Positions 55,221-64,000 of a stretch of 64,000 nucleotides of DNA are shown piece after piece. The DNA is taken from assembly GCA_964035545.1 (NCBI GenBank), contig OZ037772.1, positions 3,439,538 to 3,503,537 of the forward strand, given 5' to 3'. A program made the position numbers and the translations under genes. The DNA is from Bugula neritina. Lineage: Eukaryota; Animalia; Bryozoa. Below the pieces are notes generated by a model that had not been told where the DNA came from, searched no databases, and saw only the letters and a list, made by a program, of their open reading frames with translations. The stretch's first letter is position 1. Each line of letters starts with the position of its first letter.

Positions 55221-56233
55221 ATGATAATACTAGTAATACACATGATAATACTAGTAATACACATGATAATACTAGTGATACACATGATAATACTAGTAAC
55301 ACACATGATAATACTAGTAATACACATGATAATACTAGTAATACACATGATAATACTAGTAATACACATGATACTACTAGTAATACATATGATAATACTA
55401 GTAATACACATGATAATACTAGTAATACACATGATACTACTAGTAATACATATGATAATACTAGTAATACACATGATAATACTAGTAATACATATGATAC
55501 TACTAGTAATACACATGATAATACTAGTGATACACATGATAATACTAGTAACACACATGATAATACTAGTAATACACATGATAATACTAGTAATACACAT
55601 GATACTACTAGTAATACATATGATAATACTAGTAATACACATGATAATACTAGTAATACACATGATAATACTAGTAATACATATGATAATACTAGTAATA
55701 CACATGATAATACTAGTAATACACATGATAATACTAGTAATACACATGATAATACTAGTAATACATATGATAATACTAGTAATACACATGATAATACTAG
55801 TAATACATATGATACTACTAGTAATACACATGATAATACTAGTGATACACATGATAATACTAGTAACACACATGATAATACTAGTAATACACATGATAAT
55901 ACTAGTAATACACATGATAATACTAGTAATACACATGATAATACTAGTAATACATATGATAATACTAGTAATACACATGATAATACTAGTAATACACATG
56001 ATAATACTAGTAATACATATGATAATACTAGTAATACACATGATAATACTAGTAATACACATGATAATACTAGTAATACACATGATACTACTAGTAATAC
56101 ACATAACAATACTAGTAATACACATGATACTACTAGTAACACATATGATACTACTAGTAATACACATGATAATACTAGTAATACACATGATAATACTAGT
56201 AATACACATGATAATACTAGTAACACATATGAT
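55221..56233. repeat. 21-bp minisatellite (ATGATAATACTAGTAATACAC)n, ~48 copies
   Basis: Seen directly. Explains the repetitive ORFs on both strands. Confidence 0.98.
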
Positions 56234-57009
56234 AGGGCTAATAATAAATATTATGCCCAAAGCTTGAGGAGAAATCTTTGAACAAGTCAACAGTAGACAT
56301 TGTGACATCCTTGGCAATTAAAATAACAAACTTCTTTATACCAACACTAGCTTGTCCTATTCTACTTTGAATACTCATATTATGAATATCTGACGTATGT
56401 TTTACTAGGAAACAGAGGACTGTGTGGTGGTCTATGGAGTAGAATACGTCTGACTGAGAGTCCCAAACACTGATGCGGGCGGTGACTTTTAGCAGTGTTA
56501 CAAGTTCTGTACCTCTGAGGCTCAATGTCAAGGGATTCCAGGGTTCACCTGCCACCTTAGTGAGTTGTCTTCTCACAGCATACAGTTTATTAGTTTGTGT
56601 GAAGCAAAAGGAATATTCCTTGAAGTATGCTTATCAACTACCTAGTATGCTGAAACAAATGTGGGTTTTTAGTGTATAAGTGCTTTCTGACTCTCATCAG
56701 TTTGTATAATACAAGAACACAGTAGAATCACTAAATTGGTATAACATAGAGATATGTTCATCAGAAATGTACATGATGTAGCAGTGCAGCTCAATGAAGT
56801 CATTCGGAAAATTAAATGATGTTCTTTTAGACATTGCTCTGTAGAACTCAGACTGAGCATGTGACATCCAGGTTCCGAGTGTATTACCATCAGTGGTGGA
56901 GAGGAAGGAGGTTGTTGGTGTACAGGGGGTACTCACTACTGCAACGGAGCTTGTGTACCTGACATGACTAGTAAGTGTGTATCTACAGACAAGCAGAGTG
57001 ACAGATGAA

Positions 57010-57158
57010 CTGACTGACTCACTGACTCACTGACTGACTGACTGACTGACTGACTGACTGACTGACTGACTGACTGACTGACTGACTGACTGACTGACTC
57101 ACTGACTCACTGACTGACTGACTGGCTGGCTGACTGACTGACTGACTGGACTGACTGA
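57010..57158. repeat. (TGAC)n microsatellite
   Basis: Seen directly. Confidence 0.95.
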
Positions 57159-60100
57159 CAGGTAAACAGATAGGTAAATATTGATCACATATATAGTGAA
57201 GCTACCAACTGAGACCCAGACTGTGTTTTGATTTAGCATATACTGGTATATGATATCTTTCTAAAATGTGTTTACAGTTTACTGTACAAAGTATAGTTCC
57301 ATCAGATGGACTCACTCTACTCATGTGTAAGACTCATCAAGAATGTCTACCCAATCAGATCTGTGTTAACGAGGTGTGCACACTGACGTGTAAAAGTGAC
57401 TCTGAGTGTACAACCAACCAGGTTAGATACTGTATACATGTCTCTATCATAGCAGCTAATTGTACGACCGTATATGGAAGTATGCAATTCTATGTCTATA
57501 TATGGGAGTATTTATCTTTGTGGCCATATATGGTAGCGAATGTCCTTGTGCATGTCCATATTTGGCAATATGTATATCCGCGACCATATATGGTATGAAC
57601 ATATTTTATGACAAACTGTTTCTATGATGCATGTAGTTGTATGCGTCTTTGTGACCATATTATATAACAGCAATGCGAATAACAGTTGATGAATGTATGC
57701 ATTTCTTCATGACTGTATTTAGTAGTAAACTATCTCTATGATCATGATATATCTATTAGGCAGATTTTCTATTACACATCAGGTCTACTCTGACAGTAGC
57801 CTGTATACATATAGATATCATTTACTGACTGAATGTTTTTCCTAACATTGCCCATAGCCTTTTTCGTGGCTTGAACCTATTATTTCGTGTTTACTAGGCA
57901 AATCCTCGAACCCCTAGACTATGTCTGCCACATGTTATTTATTTATGTGGGTGTCAGTGTGAAGTTCCAGTTTGTAAGGGAACCTGGTTAAATTGGACCA
58001 CAGGGACCCAGCGGACGAGACGGAGAAGATGGAGCTCCTGGTTTACAGGTATTTTACAAACTATTCTGAAACTCATACTTTTATTGTTCATTGTCATTGT
58101 ATTCTCCACCATGTTTTTACTAGAAGAAATTTTGTGTTCCAGAATTAATAAATGACCACTTGTAATGCATACTGGTGCTGCTTGGCTCATAGGACAAGCC
58201 GGACAAGCTGGAGAACCTGGTCTGCATGGCAAAAATGGGAAAACAGGAGAAACTGGACCAGCTGGTATGCCTGGTCCAACTGGCTCAAGGGGATTCACAG
58301 GAGAACCCGGATTTGATGGAAGGTATTTTTTTGTGCTTTACTCTACCCTATTCAGCTTCTTGGAACTTTTTATTTGATTTAGTTTTTATAATTTGTTGTC
58401 AATTTTTTCAGAGACGGTTTACCTGGAGTACTGGGTGCTGATGGTAGATCTGGGGAGCAGGGTGATCAAGGACCTCCTGGCCCCATGGGTTCAGTGGGAA
58501 TCCCCGGTAACCAGGGACCTGAAGGTGCTCAAGGAGACAAGGATGATAAGGCAGGAACAAGTTTATTTATGTTAATACTAAAGTTGCTTCAGTGACACCA
58601 CATCATGTAATATATTACATAACAGTGCAGTATAATACACCATAATATAATATGTTATACAATACAATATTATTACAGAAAATATAATTCACTAATATCT
58701 CACAGCTAAGTTGTGTCTCCTAAATATATTCATGACTATAGGGGCCAGCTGGGCCACAGGGTGCTTCTGGACCAACTGGATTGTCCGGGCCAACTGGTCC
58801 TCAGGGACCCCACAGAGCTTCCGGGAATTCCCGGCGAACAAGGACCTAAAGGTATGAATGAAGTTGAACCAATCTTTGTCCTTAGTTATTGGCCATCAAC
58901 AGAATCTTGACTCTAAGAGTTATCCTTCTTGGTAAGAAGGTAAGGCAATTCCTAACTCATGATAATATGAATATCATCTGCTGTTGTAAGACCCACTGGT
59001 TTCCAGGGACCTCAGGGATTCCTCGGAGCTCCTGGTGTTGATGGTGAAAGGGGAGGTGTTGGATCAGTTGGCATTGCTGGACCACCCGGGCTACTGGGTG
59101 CTGACGGCAAACAAGGAATAACTGGTTCTTCTGGTGCTATGGGTGCTATGGGACCACCTGGACCTGATGGTGCTAAGGTAAACACTTGCACTCACGCATG
59201 ACTTACACTGTTAACAGGTTATTGTTATTCATCTTGTTAGTTTAGTGGTAATAAACCAATAGTCTGTATTTCTAGGGTGAGCAAAGGAGAGATGGGGAAA
59301 TGGGTAGTCCCGGCAGACCTGGACCTCCTGGTGAAGCCCCAGTATTTGGTTAGTTATTAGCAAAACCAAGTTATCGTTCATCACTTGTATCTTTTTCATT
59401 CTCTTCCAACTGTGTATTGGTAATATTTTGGGAATTTCATCCATAGCCTGTGATTGAAGCTTTATTTGATTCTACCATGGGTTATGTTAGGTGCTCCCCC
59501 TATGATGATGAGTGCAATGATGTCCAACAGTAAAGGTGTACAAGCTGATGATGCAGGCGCCAACAATGAGCTCTATAATATGTACCTCAGTGAGTAATGG
59601 CCATGATGTGCTTTGATGTTGCCCGATTTGTAGTGGAGAGGGCTTTTTGAATGCTGTTTTGGAACTCAAATGACAGACTCGTTTCAAATTGTTTATGTTT
59701 TTGCAGACAAACATTTTTATAATTAACTGCTAGAAACTATTGTAATAAAAATAGAGACAGCTGTTATAATGTGTTTCTCCTCCTAGCATTGATGATTGAC
59801 ATTCTTGTTTGATGAGTCACCTATTTAGTTCGTTTCTCCAGTTAAATGTTGCTACATTCTGACATATTATATAATGTTGATTTTATTGCTGTTAGCTTAC
59901 ATCACTACTTCCACCTTATTTTTCTAGAAACAAAAGTAAGGGACGGGTCCAAAGACAGCCCTGTTAGAGACTGTAGAGAACTCTTTACTGAAAATCCAGA
60001 GTTTAAGAGTGGAACTTATTGGGTGAGAGAAGATGCTGATATGTTTCTATTTTCTCTGCTCAGAGGAAATCTGCATCCAAGTCTGATGACTGAAATTCTG

Positions 60101-61713
60101 TGAACATGTTTTATATTCTACAATTACTACTCCTGAGGTGTCAATATCATGTCATGTGAAGTTTCCACAGATATTTAATGTTTAAGAATAAGAGTTTTCC
60201 CATGAGTTGCCTGTATTATATAATTCTGTATATTTAACAGCTGAACAGGTTTTAGAAGTTTTATGTGATGTTTGTATTGTGTTAGTGTGAAATGGAGAAG
60301 TTGTATTCTCTATTGTTTGTTGTCAGGTGGATCCAGGTGGTGGCTCCATAGCTAATGCTATCCAGGCTTACTGTCGCAAGGAAATGAAGAGCACTTGTAT
60401 CAATGTCAAGACCTCTGAGTTCGCCACCAAATCGTACGTCACCCAGCAGCTAGATAATCAGCCATTTGTTGCTAAACACATGGGAACAGCACTCGTAAGT
60501 GTTTATCTTGTATCAACCATGACTTTCTCAGTATTATTTTAGAATATCCAAAAGTTTTTTGTTGATAATTGTCGCTATAGTAACATATTGGTTTCCTGTA
60601 TGAATGTTGATAAGTGTTGCTATAGTAACATGTTGGTTTCCTGTATGGATTGTAGTTTGAGTATCTGGCAGAGTTTTCCTAACTCAACGTTCTTCAAATT
60701 CACTCTGAGAGAGCAAACCCTGACTTACAGGTAATAGTCACTGCTAGCAGCTTATCAAATAGTCACTAGTTGCTAGTCACCAGATATTAGTCCTCTACTA
60801 TGTTGCTAGTCACTTGATAATCTGAACGATCACAGGCTTTTTTAAAGCTGAGCAAGTTGTTGGTATGACTATTCCATTTGCTGATTGTAGATGTATAAAC
60901 TCAGTGGCAGTAGAGGACGCATATGGTAGGAAGAATAAGTCAGTCATTTTATATACAGCTGGTGATAAAGAATACACAGCAACAGATAGCAGGTTCCAAT
61001 ATTCTGTGCTGCAGGATGATTGCAAGGTATGTAAATCTGACCTATATACTGCAAATCTGACCTATAAAGTGTAAATCTAATTTATATGGTGTAATTTTGA
61101 TCTGCGTATGAACATGATTGCGATAGTTGCATCTTTTTTCTGTTAATATGCAATATAGCTTGCCTTTGAGTATTTTTAATAACTACTTATGACTTCAACC
61201 CAAAAGCCACTTTGAGTGCTGTACGAGTTTAGAGTTTTGAGTTTGCCTTCTGCCATTTTGTAGTATTCCAAATACCATCAGAAGCTCAGACAGAGATTGA
61301 CACCAAGACCGCCACCCACTTGCCTATTATCGACATTGCTCCTGGTGACATCGGGACCACCCACAAAGAGTTTGGGGTTCAGCTAGGGAGGGTGTTATGC
61401 CCCTCCCTGTGACTTTATATATTTAGAAACTGTTGTTAATTTAGTAATTCTGTTGGTGCATTTAACAGGCGCTAGTTAGACATTCCAGCATAGCAATACA
61501 TAAATAATGTAAATTTCATAACAAAATCACTCAGCCATACACAAGTAGCTTGCACTACGTGAAACAATATTGTAGTCAATAAAATGAATATATAAGTTTA
61601 TTATTATATCCGAAATTGTATCAGTACCAAATATAAATACTCTACTTTTCAAAATATTGAGTCCTTTTGATTAATTTTTCAATCGTAGAAACTAAACATA
61701 TATATATAATTAT

Positions 61714-61717
<4 letters not shown>

Positions 61718-61773
<56 letters not shown>
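61718..61773. repeat. (TA)n microsatellite
   Basis: Seen directly. Confidence 0.95.
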
Positions 61774-61777
<4 letters not shown>

Positions 61778-62059
61778 TTATCCTTATGCAGCCCAGAGAG
61801 AAACTCAGTCATCATGAACTTCAATGTAAATAATTTTAATATAAAATAATACATATTATGATATAATATAATATTATATTACTCTTTCGGGATAATCATT
61901 CTATTTATATTAACACCTGTTTATTTGAAGTACTTTAATAAGTTTTACTTTAAATTTATTTCTCAAACCAGCATGTCAGTTAAATATAAAAGTACAATCA
62001 CACATACAACATGTAGACATGTAGTGATATACATTATAAAGCATATCATGTTGGTGAAT

Positions 62060-63168
62060 TGCTATACAGTATATTATGTTATACATTATATTATGTTATA
62101 CAGTATATTATGCTATACAGTATATTATGCTATACAGTATACTATGTTATACAGTATAATATGTTATACAGTGTATTATGTTATACAGTATACTATGTTA
62201 TACAGTATATTATGTTATACAGTATACTATGTTATACAGTATAATATTTTATACAGTGTATTATGTTATACAGTATACTATGTTATACAGTATATTATGT
62301 TATACAGTATACTATGTTATACAGTATACTATGTTATACAGTATAATATTTTATACAGTGTATTATGTTATACAGTATACTATGTTATACAGTATATTAT
62401 GTTATACAGTATACTATGTTATACAGTATATTATGTTATACAGTATATTGTGTTATACAGTATATTATGTTATACAGTATACTATGCTATACAGTATATT
62501 ATGTTATACAGTATACTATATTATACAGTATACTATGTTATACAGTATATTATGTTATACAGTATACTATGTTATACAGTATACTATGTTATACAGTATA
62601 TTGTGTTATACAGTATATTGTGTTATACAGTATATTATGTCATACAGTATATGCTATGTTATACAGTATATTATGTTATACAGTAAACTATATTATACAG
62701 TATACTATGTTATACAGTATACTATGTTATACAGTATACTATGTTATACAGTATACTATGTTATACAGTATACTATGTTATACAGTATATTGTGTTATAC
62801 AGTATATTGTGTTATACAGTATACTGTGTTATACAGTATATTATGTTATACAGTATACTATGTTATACAGTATATTATGTTATACAGTATACTATGTTAT
62901 ACAGTATACTATGTTATACAGTATACTATGTTATACAGTATATTATGTCATACAGTATATTATGTTATACAGTGTATTATGTTATACAGTATATTATGTT
63001 ATACAGTATACTATGTTATACAGTATACTATGTTATACAGTATACTATGTTATACAGTATACTATGTTATACAGTATATGCTATGTTATACAGTATATGC
63101 TATGTTATACAGTATATTATGTTATACAGTATACTATGTTTTACAGTATATTTTGTCATACAGTATAC
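62060..63168. repeat. 17-bp minisatellite (GTTATACAGTATAYTAT)n, ~65 copies
   Basis: Seen directly. The 17-aa periodicity of the overlapping ORFs equals 3 x 17 bp. Confidence 0.98.
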
Positions 63169-64000
63169 AATCATTCACCACCATGTCAGTCAAAGAATAT
63201 AATATAAAGTATATTATGTAGCAACAGCTGGGCTGTGGTGAAACTCTACCAGTCTAAATTCTTACACGCAGACATGCATATTTAATTAATTCAAACATTT
63301 TAAAAATGAACTTAAAACTCAAGAATTTAAAATATGAAACAAAATAATGTGTCCTATAAAAATAGCACAGCTTCTTAGAAGCAAGTATTTTACACTTGAA
63401 CATGCAGAATTTGTATAGAGTATAATGGTGACATTGTTGAATTGATACACACCTCTGATTGGATGTGTTTTACATAATAAAATAATTGTTAATCACTTTT
63501 ATTATTAGTCTAAGGTTGACAATAATTTACACTGTTAGTTATTGGTTGTAAACTGATTAATTCATCATTAAGTACTTGTTTGCTGCTGCCTGGTTTATAA
63601 CTGCTTATCACGACTTTAATAACAAGGAAATTATCTTCTCTTGTTGTCTCCAGGCGCTACTGTATTTGACAGGTTTCCCTGTTAATAAAGTAATCTTAAA
63701 CTGATACTGATGACATCCACAAATACTTGTGTAGGGGAACAATTGACTCTTCTCTACAACAGGGAAAGACTTGGTATAAGACACGTACTAATAATATTGC
63801 ATAGTTTATTTTATCAATTCACTTAATTTTATTGATTAAAAGTTATTTGCATGTAGGCCATTTTATAAATTGTTCCTATAAGACTAATTTGAGTGTACCT
63901 ATACAACACTAGGTTTATATGACTGTGGTATATTGCTGAGTGCACATAGGCAGTGTCAATAATATAGTTATGTTATAGACTTTGCTCACGGTAAGAATTT

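Larger units (their letters stand above)
55064..61411 (+). pseudogene. Short fibrillar-type collagen (Cys-rich N-terminal exons, Gly-X-Y exons, COLFI domain), disrupted
   Basis: Gly-X-Y exons at ~57975-58048, 58192-58322, 58412-58550, 58742-58850, 58990-59177 and 59276-59341. COLFI exons: DGSKDSPVRDCREL...SGTYW, VDPGGGS..NAIQAYC...TCI, C.NSVA...VLQDDCK, ..LPIIDIAP.DIG....EFGVQLG.V. Several stops and frameshifts. Linkage of the 55-57 kb exons is inferred. Confidence 0.85.

Noticed and set aside
55186-56317. Several 346-372 aa repetitive ORFs
   Set aside because: Artefacts of the 21-bp minisatellite.
61925-63221. Tyr-rich ORFs
   Set aside because: Artefacts of the 17-bp minisatellite.

Overview
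This is AT-rich eukaryotic (invertebrate-like, intron-containing) genomic DNA, mostly transposons, repeats and decayed gene copies. I found no intact host gene. (1) 1-27.6 kb is a ~14.4-15 kb tandem segmental duplication (1-13353 vs 15061-27604, roughly 95% identical by eye). Each unit carries a CACTA/EnSpm-like end next to a DUF4806-like gene, a dead Gypsy gag and an unidentified multi-exon gene relic. (2) A short type I hammerhead-ribozyme cassette sits in a (TA)n tract at ~24.5 kb, with truncated 3' halves in another (TA)n tract at ~9.35-9.47 kb. (3) There are two related Ty3/Gypsy LTR retrotransposons, both primed by tRNA-Leu. Element A (30184-36323, +) is internally deleted with a truncated 3' LTR. 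Element B (43120-50622, -) has apparently identical 306-bp LTRs and a GTAT TSD. In the env position B carries an extra ORF encoding a C2H2 zinc-finger / Arg-Ser-Pro / coiled-coil protein, joinable in frame to the first 14 gag codons by a GT-AG splice. (4) A solo-LTR-like copy, tRNA-derived SINEs and a LINE 3' end are present. (5) Disrupted exons resemble TPX2 (tentative), KIF14, ATAT1, NRF-6 and a short fibrillar (COLFI) collagen. (6) There are several mini- and microsatellites. All calls are by eye and motif recognition; no searches were run.
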